55,180 nucleotides of DNA from Candidatus Kaiserbacteria bacterium (GCA_016204695.1 JACQKD010000007.1:1-55180); one strand, 5' to 3'. Counted from the first letter of the stretch, positions 16,123 through 28,031 are shown. Notes: generated by a model not told the origin, from the letters alone. A program made the numbers and translations.

Positions 16123-16221
16123 TCAGGCCTTTGCCATACTGACCGCACCGATCCAACTCCTCTTACTAAAGAAGTAATAGAAGGCAAAGAAATAAATGGC
16201 AACGGTCACAATGTAATGCAT
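16123..16221 (-). CDS. Phe/Tyr-rich leader peptide MHYIVTVAIYFFAFYYFFSKRSWIGAVSMAKA
   Basis: Promoter TTGACA (16262-16257)-17-TAGTGT; YFFAFYYFF; AGAGGAGTTG in the leader complements CAACTCCTCT of the terminator. Confidence 0.82.
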   Translation of the reverse strand: MHYIVTVAIYFFAFYYFFSKRSWIGAVSMAKA

Positions 16222-16258
16222 GATGTCGATGTAACACTATACCCACCCCCACACGTTG

Positions 16259-17053
16259 TCAATCGGCACCGGTGAGTTGCTTCACCTGTGCGGATATGTT
16301 CTGGAGCAAGCGTTTTTTATTCGAAAGATTATCGGTGATGGTCTTGACGAGCGCACTGCCGACAATGGCGCCATCCGCTCCCTGTTTTTCGAGAAGCGCA
16401 ATATGTTCCCTCTTTGAAATGCCGAAGCCCACGGCAAGCGGCAAGTCGGTCTGTCGCCGTATTCGTTTCAAAAGCTTGGGCATGTCCGCAGAAAGGGACG
16501 CCCGTGCGCCGGTGACGCCGAGCACGGATACAACATACAGATACCCTTTTGCGTAACGGAGAATTTTTTTGAGCCGCTCGGGAGTCGTAGTGTGCGCCAC
16601 GAGAAAGATGGGGTCGATGCCGGCCTTTGCCGCCGCCTGCGCGAACGGTTCTATTTCCTCCACCGGCACGTCGGGGATAAGCACGCCGTCGACGCCTGCG
16701 GCTTTCGCTTCTGTATAAAATCGCTCGATTCCTTTCTGGTAAACGATATTCGCGTAGACGAGCACGGTGATCGGTACGTCGGTGGACTCGCGAACTTTTT
16801 TGATGTATGTGAAGACGTGATCAGTGTCCATCCCGGCGCCGAGCGCGCGAATATCGGCGGCCTGGATCGTCGGGCCGTCCGCGAGCGGATCGGAATACGG
16901 GAATCCTATTTCCAAAAGATCAGCGGGCGACGCGATCGTTTTTGCAATCGATACGCTCGTTTCGAGGTCGGGATCTCCCGCAACGAGAAACGGCATGAAC
17001 GCGATCCTGCCTTCGGCTCTCGTCTCTTTGAATTTCTGCTCTAGCCGTGTCAT
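16259..17053 (-). CDS. trpA: Tryptophan synthase alpha subunit
   Basis: [36 protein letters not shown]. Confidence 0.97.
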   Translation of the reverse strand: MTRLEQKFKETRAEGRIAFMPFLVAGDPDLETSVSIAKTIASPADLLEIGFPYSDPLADGPTIQAADIRALGAGMDTDHVFTYIKKVRESTDVPITVLVYANIVYQKGIERFYTEAKAAGVDGVLIPDVPVEEIEPFAQAAAKAGIDPIFLVAHTTTPERLKKILRYAKGYLYVVSVLGVTGARASLSADMPKLLKRIRRQTDLPLAVGFGISKREHIALLEKQGADGAIVGSALVKTITDNLSNKKRLLQNISAQVKQLTGAD

Positions 17054-18225
17054 AGGGATTGTGCGCGAGTGACGGTTTCGAGGTCTTTGTCCCCTCGTCC
17101 CGAAAGATTGATAACGACGATCTTATTTTTCGGCAGACGCTTTGCGAGCGCGTAGCCGTAGGCGACCGCGTGTGAAGATTCGAGCGCGGGAATGATGCCC
17201 TCGGTTTCACAGAGGAGCGAAAACGCTTCGAGCGCTTGTTTGTCCGTCACGGAGACATACTCCGCCCGCCCGATTTCTCGGAGAAAGCTGTGCTCGGGAC
17301 CGACGCTCGGATAATCAAGCCCCGCCGAGACACTATGCGTCTCTTTGATCTGGCCGAATTTGTCTTGGAGTACAAACGATTTGGTCCCGTGGAGAATACC
17401 GACCCTGCCTCCGGCAAAACGTGCGGCGTGTTTGCCGGAGGCGATACCAAGCCCTCCGGCTTCGACGCCGATCATCTGCACTTTCTTGTCTTTGAGAAAC
17501 GGATAAAAAAGTCCGATCGCATTGCTTCCGCCGCCGACGCAGGCGACAAGATAGTCCGGAGGGCGTTTTTCTCTTTTGAGGATATCGCGTCGCGCTTCCT
17601 CGCCGATCACTTTCTGAAAATTGCGGATCATCTGCGGGTAGGGGTATGGGCCGAGCACCGATCCGAGAAGATAGTGCGTGGTATTGATGTTGGTAATCCA
17701 GTCGCGGAGCGCTTCGTTGATTGCGTCTTTGAGCGTCTTTGATCCCGAAGAGACCGGCACGACCTCGGCTCCCAGGAGCTTCATCCGAAGGACGTTTGGC
17801 TTCTGGCGCTCCATATCCACCTCTCCCATGTATACGACGCATTCCAAGCCGAATTTCGCCGCAACCGTCGCAGTCGCCACACCATGCTGGCCCGCACCGG
17901 TCTCGGCGATGATGCGCGACTTCCCCATGAAGCGCGCAAGGAGCACCTGCCCCACGGCGTTATTGATCTTGTGCGCGCCCGTGTGCGTGAGGTCTTCGCG
18001 CTTGAGGTATATTTTCGCGCCGCCGGCTTTTTTGGTCAGCCGCTCGGCAAAATAAAGCGGGGTCGGCCGTCCGGCAAACTCATGCAGATGCCGCGCAAGC
18101 TCCGCCCTACACTTCTTATCGCGAGAAAATTTCCCGTATGCGCGCTCAAGCTCTTCAAGCGCGCTCATCAGCGTCTCCGGCACGAACTGCCCCCCGAATT
18201 CTCCAAAATATCCTTTTTTATCCAT
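17050..18225 (-). CDS. trpB: Tryptophan synthase beta subunit
   Basis: [15 protein letters not shown] (PLP Lys), [39 protein letters not shown]. Confidence 0.98.
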   Translation of the reverse strand: MDKKGYFGEFGGQFVPETLMSALEELERAYGKFSRDKKCRAELARHLHEFAGRPTPLYFAERLTKKAGGAKIYLKREDLTHTGAHKINNAVGQVLLARFMGKSRIIAETGAGQHGVATATVAAKFGLECVVYMGEVDMERQKPNVLRMKLLGAEVVPVSSGSKTLKDAINEALRDWITNINTTHYLLGSVLGPYPYPQMIRNFQKVIGEEARRDILKREKRPPDYLVACVGGGSNAIGLFYPFLKDKKVQMIGVEAGGLGIASGKHAARFAGGRVGILHGTKSFVLQDKFGQIKETHSVSAGLDYPSVGPEHSFLREIGRAEYVSVTDKQALEAFSLLCETEGIIPALESSHAVAYGYALAKRLPKNKIVVINLSGRGDKDLETVTRAQSL

Positions 18226-19084
18226 GTCGATCAGTCTTTTTCCGATAATATTCGTCGTTCGTAATGACTTTTATGGACTCTTCCTGTGCGGTGGAGATAA
18301 TAGTTTGCATCTCTTTCTCGGAACTACGCCCTCCTACAATCATCCCCATGACCGTGCCTGCAAATACATCCCCGGCATTGATGGGATCAAGCGGCCGGAC
18401 CACGCGGGCAAGAGGAAACATCCGACTCTCCGCAGGCGTTATGACTTCAATGCCGGAAGTGCCTTTTGTTTTAAAGATGTACTGCAGATTTTTGCAGTGC
18501 TCAAAAAGATCTTCTCCAATTTTGTCTGTCATATATTCGTACTCCTCCGCATTGGTGAAGAGGTGCGTTGCCGCTTTGACCAAGTCGATCGCATACTGCT
18601 CGTTATGCTTGAGGTGGTACAGAAGCGTATTGACCGCAACGACTTCGGGACATTGCATTTGTTTCAGTACTGCAAGCCCAAGTCGCGGATTCGAGCCGCT
18701 GAACAGGATGTTCTTCGACTTTTTCACCTGCTTCGTGGACAGCACAGGGCTATACGACCCGTAGACGCCGAACGCTATCTCTTCTCCTGACAGTTCAAAG
18801 GTGTCCGGGTCATAGGTGGATTGATAATAAAAACTCTCGCCTTCCATCTGCTCGACATTTTCTATGTGTACGGACGGCCCGAGGGCGCGCGCCAAGTCTT
18901 CGCGCGGCATGTCGGTCCCGATGACGCCGATTAGATCTACTTGCACGTGTTTGGCGGCCGCAAGGCTCGCGAGCGCGCCGTTGCCGCCAATGTATACGGG
19001 CGAGTACTCGGCACCGGCAAATCGGGACCTGCAAAACTCTATGGTTCCGAAAATCGTCAGTGACGTTGTGGTAAAAGATTCCAT
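18218..19084 (-). CDS. PfkB/ribokinase-family carbohydrate kinase
   Basis: GGNGA…IGVIGTD N-terminal signature, [18 protein letters not shown] anion-hole motif; overlaps the trpB start by 8 nt. Confidence 0.85.
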   Translation of the reverse strand: MESFTTTSLTIFGTIEFCRSRFAGAEYSPVYIGGNGALASLAAAKHVQVDLIGVIGTDMPREDLARALGPSVHIENVEQMEGESFYYQSTYDPDTFELSGEEIAFGVYGSYSPVLSTKQVKKSKNILFSGSNPRLGLAVLKQMQCPEVVAVNTLLYHLKHNEQYAIDLVKAATHLFTNAEEYEYMTDKIGEDLFEHCKNLQYIFKTKGTSGIEVITPAESRMFPLARVVRPLDPINAGDVFAGTVMGMIVGGRSSEKEMQTIISTAQEESIKVITNDEYYRKKTDRHG

Positions 19085-19191
19085 GTGTAATTGTGATTAG
19101 TATGAAAAAGGGTTACGGGCGGCGGATGGGCACAGTACCGCCCGCCACACCTCCCTCACCCTGTGACTTTGTTTGTAGTGTACCGTACCCC

Positions 19192-20007
19192 TCAATCCCC
19201 CACCAACTCCTCTAAGCTCTCAATGAATGTGAGCGCCGGAAATCTGGTCCTGAACTCGACCTGTCTCTCCGGGTTGATGATGATGCCAGTCACGTCATGG
19301 CACATATCCACCAAGAGACAGTCCGTCATGCTATCGCCGATATATATGATCGGCGATCCAGTCTCCAATCTTCTCGCAGTCTGCACTCTCTGGGCGGCAA
19401 GATAGACCGAGAATGGATGCGGCTTTGCCAGGTAACCGCGAGTGTAACCGTGCTCCGCCTCTTCTTGCTCAATGGTTTCACTGCCAACCACCAAATGTGC
19501 AGGAAAGATGTCACTTATTGCGCTTCTCGCGATAACTTGATGAACAAATCGTTCCGGACTGGCACTGGCGATCCCGCACACTATTCGCTTCTGTCTCATG
19601 TAGGCCAGAAGCGTATCAAGACCGGGGATTGGCGCGGGCAAATCTGCTTCAATCGACCGGTAAAGGAAGTCCCTCCGCATCGAGACGCAGAGACCAATCT
19701 GCTTTTCCGTGGACGAACCAGAAGACCTCCTGCCCAACTCGGTCAGCATTGATGGGAGACTTGGCATTTCGTGGGCGACATCAACATGTGCCGTCCCTCG
19801 AGCGATTGCAAGCAAGATGTGAAAAACTTCCCAATCACTCTTCCCTCGCAACAACGGCACAAAGCTTCGCGGGATAGGATCGCACACTCCCAACCCCTCC
19901 AGGACCGAATCAAACGAACTACGGTGGCGACGTGACGTATCGAACATTGTTTGGTCGAAATCAAAAACCAACACAGACCCTGTTCCTAAGTCCCTTAGTG
20001 ATCTCAT
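19192..20007 (-). CDS. HAD-superfamily phosphatase
   Basis: Motif I FDFDQT, motif II ASAS, KPHP, GDSMTD; AGGAGG RBS. Confidence 0.85.
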   Translation of the reverse strand: MRSLRDLGTGSVLVFDFDQTMFDTSRRHRSSFDSVLEGLGVCDPIPRSFVPLLRGKSDWEVFHILLAIARGTAHVDVAHEMPSLPSMLTELGRRSSGSSTEKQIGLCVSMRRDFLYRSIEADLPAPIPGLDTLLAYMRQKRIVCGIASASPERFVHQVIARSAISDIFPAHLVVGSETIEQEEAEHGYTRGYLAKPHPFSVYLAAQRVQTARRLETGSPIIYIGDSMTDCLLVDMCHDVTGIIINPERQVEFRTRFPALTFIESLEELVGD

Positions 20008-20145
20008 GATATCGTCCTCCTGCTTGTGGTTGTAATCAGCACAAAATTTTTGAAGAACTCAATCAAAAGAACCGTGTTTGTGCTGGTGTGTAGGATCTTT
20101 TCTAAAAGCCCACACACCAGCACAAACTGAAGCAATACGTCTGGG

Positions 20146-20937
20146 TCAACACCAGCCGGACTGCTTCAACTCCTGTATTTTCTGCAGGGGATCTTGAGAC
20201 TTGATGATCGAGGTGCCGACGAGTATGCCCCGCACACCAAGTCCGGTAAGCTCTCGGACATCTTCGGCAGTATTGATCCCCGATTCGCTCACCACTATCT
20301 TGTCTTTCGGAATGAGCCGCATCAGATCCCTCGTTGTTTGCAGGTCTACCGTAAGTGTCTGGAGGTTACGATTGTTGATACCTATAATCTCGGCATCTGC
20401 CTCAAGTGTCCGAGCAAGCTCATCCGCGTCGTGAACCTCAACGATACTAGCGAGACCGAGCGACCTTCCGAGAGACAAAAATTCTTTCAGCTCGGTCGCG
20501 GTGAGCAGAGAAGCCATGAGCAGAAACGCATCTGCCCGGGCCAGGAACGTCTCGTAGATTTGGTAGGCGTCAATGATGAAATCTTTTCTAAAGATCGGCT
20601 GTGGAGCAATGTCTTTTACATCTTTGAGATAGAGCAAATCACCGTCGAAATACGTCCGGTCCGTGAGTACCGAAACAGCGTCAGCACCGCTCTCCGCGTA
20701 GAGTCGGGCAATCTGTCGATGATCAAGACTGGTCAGCCGCCCCTCGGAGGGGGATTTAATTTTTATCTCCGCAATAAGGGCGACTCCTTCCATACCGAAG
20801 ATGTCTTTGAAGGGTCGAATTTCCCTTTTCCCCGTGAGTGCGGTCGACGTTCGTTCAATCTCACAAAGAGACATCTTCGATTTCGATTCATCGATTTCTT
20901 TCTTTTTTGTCGATATGACTTGTTTTAGGAAATTCAT
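20146..20937 (-). CDS. trpC: Indole-3-glycerol-phosphate synthase
   Basis: IAEIKIKSPSEG, SVLTD, RKDFIIDAYQI, VEVH, GINNRNL, SESGI. True start at MNFLKQ (20937); no fused TrpF. Confidence 0.96.
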   Translation of the reverse strand: MNFLKQVISTKKKEIDESKSKMSLCEIERTSTALTGKREIRPFKDIFGMEGVALIAEIKIKSPSEGRLTSLDHRQIARLYAESGADAVSVLTDRTYFDGDLLYLKDVKDIAPQPIFRKDFIIDAYQIYETFLARADAFLLMASLLTATELKEFLSLGRSLGLASIVEVHDADELARTLEADAEIIGINNRNLQTLTVDLQTTRDLMRLIPKDKIVVSESGINTAEDVRELTGLGVRGILVGTSIIKSQDPLQKIQELKQSGWC

Positions 20938-20965
20938 GGTGATAGTGATGGTAGATACTGCACAA

Positions 20966-21004
20966 ACAAAAACTTCTCCCGCAAAGTCCGGGAGAAGTTT
21001 TTGT
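20966..21004 (-). terminator. Attenuator terminator of the Trp leader
   Basis: Minus strand: acaaaaacttctcccg-gactttg-cgggagaagtttttgt followed by ttgt. Confidence 0.88.
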
Positions 21005-21023
21005 GGCTGGTGTCTGGGAGATA

Positions 21024-21107
21024 TCAAGCCAACGCGAAAATCGGACTTTGCAGAGAAGTTTGCAAGGCCCACCAGTTCAACGAAATTGCGCGTCGGTTTG
21101 ATTTCAT
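21024..21107 (-). CDS. trpL: TrpL-like leader peptide MKSNRRAISLNWWALQTSLQSPIFALA
   Basis: Tandem TGG TGG; promoter TTGACA-17-TACCGT (21148-21120); terminator between it and trpC. Confidence 0.88.
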   Translation of the reverse strand: MKSNRRAISLNWWALQTSLQSPIFALA

Positions 21108-21154
21108 ATGTTCACGAGTACGGTAACAAATGTGGATTTCGCTGTCAACCAAAG

Positions 21155-23325
<2,171 letters not shown>

Positions 23326-23417
23326 ACGGTGCATCAAGAACTATATTCCAATAATACACAGACTCCCCGTCCGCAACAGACCAAAAATGTGTTTGGGAAG
23401 CTGTGTTTTGTCGCGGC

Positions 23418-23445
23418 ATTATACGTCATTTCCCCGTATCGTCAA
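23418..23445 (-). promoter_or_regulatory. Sigma70-type promoter of groESL
   Basis: TTGACG-16-TATAAT on the minus strand. Confidence 0.7.
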
Positions 23446-23525
23446 AATAACTGTCGCGGTTTAAAAAACGAGGACCGAGGTGGTAACGAGCCGACTGGCT
23501 CTCCCTCGGTCTTTGGTGACACATG

Positions 23526-23864
23526 TCAGCGGATGTCCGACACACGCAGAACCCGATTCGCCCGAGCCGCCTGTGCAATAAGCTCCTTGGCTCTCGGTAG
23601 AGTCATATTGTCAAAATCTTTATCCAACAACTCCAAGCACGCCGCTTGGATGCTGGCGAAGGCGATAAAATTTTCCGGGTCGTATGCAAGTACCCTGCTC
23701 GCGCACTCAAGGAGTGCCCCCCACATCCTCGGCTGTGCGGCAAGAGCATTCAAAAGCGCTGACAACACCTCCAACCTCTCAACATCAGCAGATGTCATCG
23801 TGCTCCCCTTGTCAGTCACCATGTGCGATATATCATCTTCTACCCACAGAAGCTTTTGCCACAA
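23526..23864 (-). CDS. Hypothetical alpha-helical protein
   Basis: 112-aa ORF with upstream gagg and a downstream hairpin; no motif recognised. Confidence 0.5.
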   Translation of the reverse strand: MWQKLLWVEDDISHMVTDKGSTMTSADVERLEVLSALLNALAAQPRMWGALLECASRVLAYDPENFIAFASIQAACLELLDKDFDNMTLPRAKELIAQAARANRVLRVSDIR

Positions 23865-23963
23865 TTACCTGTGTCCCTCAACAATCGAGCGTGCCATATA
23901 CACAGTTTCCACGACAATGGGCGACTTGCGGGAGGAGGGTATGTTTGCTAGTATACTGGGGAC

Positions 23964-24206
23964 ATGGAAATCATCGGGTCCGGCATAGCCCCAGCTCTGC
24001 CGTACATACAGATTGTCCTCTCCGTCTTGCTTGTTGCCGCGATTCTCTTGCAGCAACGCGGGTCCTCGCTCGGAGGTGCGTTCGGAGGAGACAATTTCAG
24101 TGCCACTTTCCACAAGCGCCGCGGCGCCGAGCTTTTTCTGTTCCGGGCAACCATCGTCATCGGGATTCTCTTTGTCATTTCCGCGTTTCTCCCGCTCGCC
24201 TTCTAG
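23964..24206 (+). CDS. secG: Preprotein translocase SecG
   Basis: ILLQQRGSSLGGAFGG…RRGAE, two TMs. Confidence 0.92.
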   Translation: MEIIGSGIAPALPYIQIVLSVLLVAAILLQQRGSSLGGAFGGDNFSATFHKRRGAELFLFRATIVIGILFVISAFLPLAF

Positions 24207-24288
24207 CGCCAGCGCCGCGCAATCTCTGCGTTCGGCATGACCGTTATCCTCTCACGATCTTTCATATTTTTCCCGCACCGTCGTGCGT

Positions 24289-26049
24289 ATGAACACCACA
24301 TCCACCATCTCTAAACACTCCATGATTGACCGAATGCTCGGGTTTGCAGAAGGACTGTCAATCGGAGACCGATTCCTGCTCAAGATCGCGGCAGTCGCCT
24401 TCTTTCTGTCTTTCCTATGGCTTGCCGTCTCCGTCAATGCGCGGGCGCTGGTCGTGGTCCCCGGTCGCGGCGGCACGCTCACCGAGGGCGTGGTGGGTGC
24501 ACCACGCTTCGTCAATCCGGTACTCGCCGTGACCGTGGCCGACCAGGATCTCACCGCACTCGTCTATGCGGGACTCGTGGCACGGAATACAGACGGCCAG
24601 CTCGTGCCCGATATCGCGGAGTCGATCGAGGTTTCCGAGGACGGGCGTACTTATCGTTTGGTACTACGGCAGGATGTCGTCTTCCATGACGCAACGCCGC
24701 TTACCGCCGACGACGTGGTCTTTACCGTCTCGCGGGTACAAGATCCTGCGGTTAAAAGCCCTCTGCGCGCGAGCTGGGAAGGCGTCGCCGTAGAGCGGCA
24801 GGGCGAACATGAGATACAATTCCTCCTGCCCGAACCGTATGCGCCTTTTATTGAAAATCTGACACTCGGCATCCTGCCGAAACATATCTGGGAAGGAGTG
24901 AGCGCGGAAGAATTTCCGTTCAGCCAGTACAACAGCGAGCCGGTCGGCGCCGGCCCGTATGCGATCTCCGAGGTCAGCCGCACCGACGCCGGCATCCCGG
25001 AGTCGTACGAACTCGTGTCGAACCGCCGCTTTTTCAAGACTCCCCCGCGGATCAAGAAACTGTATCTCCGGTTTTATCAGACCGAGTCCGAGCTCGTGGA
25101 CGCCATCATGCAGGGCGTGGTGGAAAGCGCCGGCGGTCTCTCGGAAACCGCATTGGATACAATCTCCGTCGCGCAAGTGCCGATCACCCGCGTGAGCGCA
25201 CCCCTTCCGCGAACATTTATGCTCTTTTTTAACCAAAACGAGGTGCCGATGTTTCGCGAGAGCGCCGTGCGCAAGGCGCTCCAGATCGTCGTCAACCGAC
25301 AGGTCATCGTCGAAGAGGCGCTCGACGGCGCGGGCATTGCGATCACTTCGCCCATCCCGCCGGGATTCGAGATTGAGACACCGCCTGTAGCGGAGACGGG
25401 CGATGTCGCCGCCCTCGACGAGGCGCGCGCGATCTTGCGCGACGCCGGCTGGAGAATGCATGAGGAGACCGGCAGGTGGGAAAAGACCATCGACGGTACG
25501 GCTACGGAACTTTCGTTCAGTATCAGCACCGTTAATACTCCGGTATTCGAGGAAACCGCCGAGATATTGAAATCGCAGTGGGCGGAGCTCGGCGTGCCGG
25601 TGACCATAGAGCAATTCGAGCAGTCGGATCTTGTGCAGACGACCATCCGCCCGCGCCAGTACGAAACTCTGCTTTTCGGCACGGTCGTCGGCCGAGAGCT
25701 CGACTTCTATTCATTCTGGCATTCGAGCCAACGCAACGACCCGGGACTCAATGTTGCGCTCTATGCCAATATTGCGACCGATTCCCTGCTCTCGGCCGCG
25801 CGCGCCGGCGGCACATCGGAAGAACGCGCGGTACTCTACCAAAAGTTCAGCGACACGCTCGCGGACGAGATCCCGGCAATATTCCTGTATGTGCCGACAT
25901 ACGCATATGTCGCGCCGCCCGCAGTACGCAATGTCTCGCTTGCCGGCATCGCGCGCGGCTCCGAACGATGGAGTACGGTACACGACTGGTTTATAGAGAC
26001 GAATACCGTGTGGCCGTTTTTTGCAGATAATGAGGAACAGGAGGAATAA
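24289..26049 (+). CDS. Peptide ABC transporter substrate-binding protein (OppA/family 5)
   Basis: GGTLTEGVVG, PDIAES, LRQDVVFHD…LTADDVVFT, PVGAGPY. Start uncertain. Confidence 0.9.
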   Translation: MNTTSTISKHSMIDRMLGFAEGLSIGDRFLLKIAAVAFFLSFLWLAVSVNARALVVVPGRGGTLTEGVVGAPRFVNPVLAVTVADQDLTALVYAGLVARNTDGQLVPDIAESIEVSEDGRTYRLVLRQDVVFHDATPLTADDVVFTVSRVQDPAVKSPLRASWEGVAVERQGEHEIQFLLPEPYAPFIENLTLGILPKHIWEGVSAEEFPFSQYNSEPVGAGPYAISEVSRTDAGIPESYELVSNRRFFKTPPRIKKLYLRFYQTESELVDAIMQGVVESAGGLSETALDTISVAQVPITRVSAPLPRTFMLFFNQNEVPMFRESAVRKALQIVVNRQVIVEEALDGAGIAITSPIPPGFEIETPPVAETGDVAALDEARAILRDAGWRMHEETGRWEKTIDGTATELSFSISTVNTPVFEETAEILKSQWAELGVPVTIEQFEQSDLVQTTIRPRQYETLLFGTVVGRELDFYSFWHSSQRNDPGLNVALYANIATDSLLSAARAGGTSEERAVLYQKFSDTLADEIPAIFLYVPTYAYVAPPAVRNVSLAGIARGSERWSTVHDWFIETNTVWPFFADNEEQEE

Positions 26050-26105
26050 TCATTTCCATTCGAAGACACGACACAGCAATTACTATCATACTAACCACAT
26101 TCATT

Positions 26106-28031
26106 ATGACACCAGCACATACACCACATACTCGATCGTATCGGCCGGCGCGCATGTATGCACGCCTCGCGGGCGGCGCGCCTGCGCCTGCGCATGGGCG
26201 CAGTGAAGGCCGCCCGGCAAACGGCGAACGAAGGGGCGGCAGAGGACCCCGTGGCAGAGCGCAGGCGCGCCGCCCGCGCTCCATGACCAACCCCCCGCTC
26301 CAGCACCGCGACACGGTCGCAAACCCGGACATCGCCGTCATCCCGCCCGTCACTGACCCGGACGTCGTCCGCGTCATCCCGCTCGGCGGCGTCGAGGAGG
26401 TCGGCAAGAATATGCTCGCGGTTGAAACCGCGGACGATATCCTTATTTTCGATGCGGGCTTCCAGTTCGTCTCCGAAGAGAACGACGCACCCGGCATCAA
26501 CTACATCCTCCCGAACACGCAATATCTTGAACAAAATAGAGACAAGATCCGCGGACTCGTCATTACGCACGGCCACCTCGACCACATCGGCGGCATTCCC
26601 TTTCTCATGGAGCGTCTCGGCAACCCGCCGATCTATACCCGCTATCTGACGTCGCTCATGATCCTGAAGCGGCAAGAAGAATTCCCGCATCTGCCGAAAG
26701 TGAACATGCACCTCGTTGAGCCGGGACAACGCATCAAGCTCGGCACTACCTACATCAAGCCGTTCCCCGTCACGCACTCCATCCCCGATTCCATGGGTAT
26801 TTCGGTGGAGACCAAATACGGCAACATCGTCATTTCCGGCGATCTCAAACTCGACCACGAGGACGGCGTACCGTCGAAGACGGAACAGGAAGTCTGGGGC
26901 ACGATCGGCAAGGACAACAACATCCTCTTTATCGCCGACTCGACGAACGCCGAGAAGACCGGTTTCTCCATTCCCGAGATGCGCGTCCATACCAACATTG
27001 AAGAGATCATCCGCTCGGTCAAAGGCCGTCTCATTATCGGCACCTTCGCGTCGCAGTTCGCCCGCATGACGCACATTATCGCCATCTGCGAGAAGCTCGG
27101 GAAAAAAGTCGTCACCGAAGGTCGGAGCATCAAGACCAACATCGAAATCGCGCAAAAAGCGGGCATTCTCACGGTGCAGAAAGACACCATCATCCCTGTG
27201 CAGGAGATCGACAACTACCCCGCAGACCGCATCGTGGTGATCTCGACCGGCGCGCAGGGCGAGGAATTCGCCGCACTCATGCGCATCGCGACCAAACAGC
27301 ATAAGTTTATCGCGCTCGGCGAACGCGACACCATCATGCTCTCGTCTTCGGTTATTCCGGGCAACGAGCTTTCCGTGCAGAAATTGAAAGACAATCTCTA
27401 CCGTCGCGGCGCGCAGATCATCCACTACCGATCTTCGGATGTGCACTCGACCGGCCACGGCAACTCGGGAGAGCTCGTCTGGATGAACCACCAGGTGCAC
27501 CCGCGCTTCTTCATGCCCGCCTACGGCTACCACTCTATGATCCGCTGTCATGCCTACGCGGTCGAGGAAGCGGGCTTCCCGAAAGAAAATATCATTATTG
27601 CCGACAACGGTCTGGTGGTCGACATCAAGAACGGCACCGAGTTGAACATTCATAAGGAGAAAGCGCCAACCGAGATCATGATGGTCGACGGCTTCACCGT
27701 CGGCATGCGGCAAGAGGTCGTGATCCGCGACCGCCAGTCGCTTGCCCAAGACGGCATGTTCGTCATCATTGCGACCCTCAACATCAAGACCGGCAAGCTC
27801 CGGAAGTCGCCCGATATCATCTCGCGCGGCTTCGTGTACCTGCGAGAATCGCAAGCACTGCTTTCCGAAGCGCGAACGCTCATCAAGCGCACCGTCGAGA
27901 AAAGTACCGAGAACATGCAACCGATCAATCTCGACTTCGTCAAAGACCAGCTCACCGACACCGTCACCGGCTTCCTCCTCCAAAGGACCAACAAGACGCC
28001 GATGGTGATTCCCGTTCTCATCGGTATTTAA
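26106..28031 (+). CDS. rnj: Ribonuclease J
   Basis: PLGGVEEVGKNM, THGHLDHIGG, HSIPD, DSTNA, VHSTGH, ISRGFVY. Arg-rich N-terminal extension; start uncertain. Confidence 0.96.
   Translation: MTPAHTPHTRSYRPARMYARLAGGAPAPAHGRSEGRPANGERRGGRGPRGRAQARRPRSMTNPPLQHRDTVANPDIAVIPPVTDPDVVRVIPLGGVEEVGKNMLAVETADDILIFDAGFQFVSEENDAPGINYILPNTQYLEQNRDKIRGLVITHGHLDHIGGIPFLMERLGNPPIYTRYLTSLMILKRQEEFPHLPKVNMHLVEPGQRIKLGTTYIKPFPVTHSIPDSMGISVETKYGNIVISGDLKLDHEDGVPSKTEQEVWGTIGKDNNILFIADSTNAEKTGFSIPEMRVHTNIEEIIRSVKGRLIIGTFASQFARMTHIIAICEKLGKKVVTEGRSIKTNIEIAQKAGILTVQKDTIIPVQEIDNYPADRIVVISTGAQGEEFAALMRIATKQHKFIALGERDTIMLSSSVIPGNELSVQKLKDNLYRRGAQIIHYRSSDVHSTGHGNSGELVWMNHQVHPRFFMPAYGYHSMIRCHAYAVEEAGFPKENIIIADNGLVVDIKNGTELNIHKEKAPTEIMMVDGFTVGMRQEVVIRDRQSLAQDGMFVIIATLNIKTGKLRKSPDIISRGFVYLRESQALLSEARTLIKRTVEKSTENMQPINLDFVKDQLTDTVTGFLLQRTNKTPMVIPVLIGI

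Noticed and set aside
15765-16202. 145-aa minus-strand ORF after trpA
   Set aside because: TTG start without RBS; it crosses the Phe/Tyr leader, its terminator, the closing terminator and the next promoter.
20938-21072. N-terminal extension of TrpC in the ORF track
   Set aside because: It spans the attenuator terminator; TrpC homology begins at MNFLKQ (20937).
14380-21150. T-box riboswitches as the explanation for the leaders
   Set aside because: No AGGGTGGNACCGCG T-box motif seen; control-codon ORFs explain the structures.
23326-23460. CIRCE element before groES
   Set aside because: No TTAGCACTC-N9-GAGTGCTAA visible.
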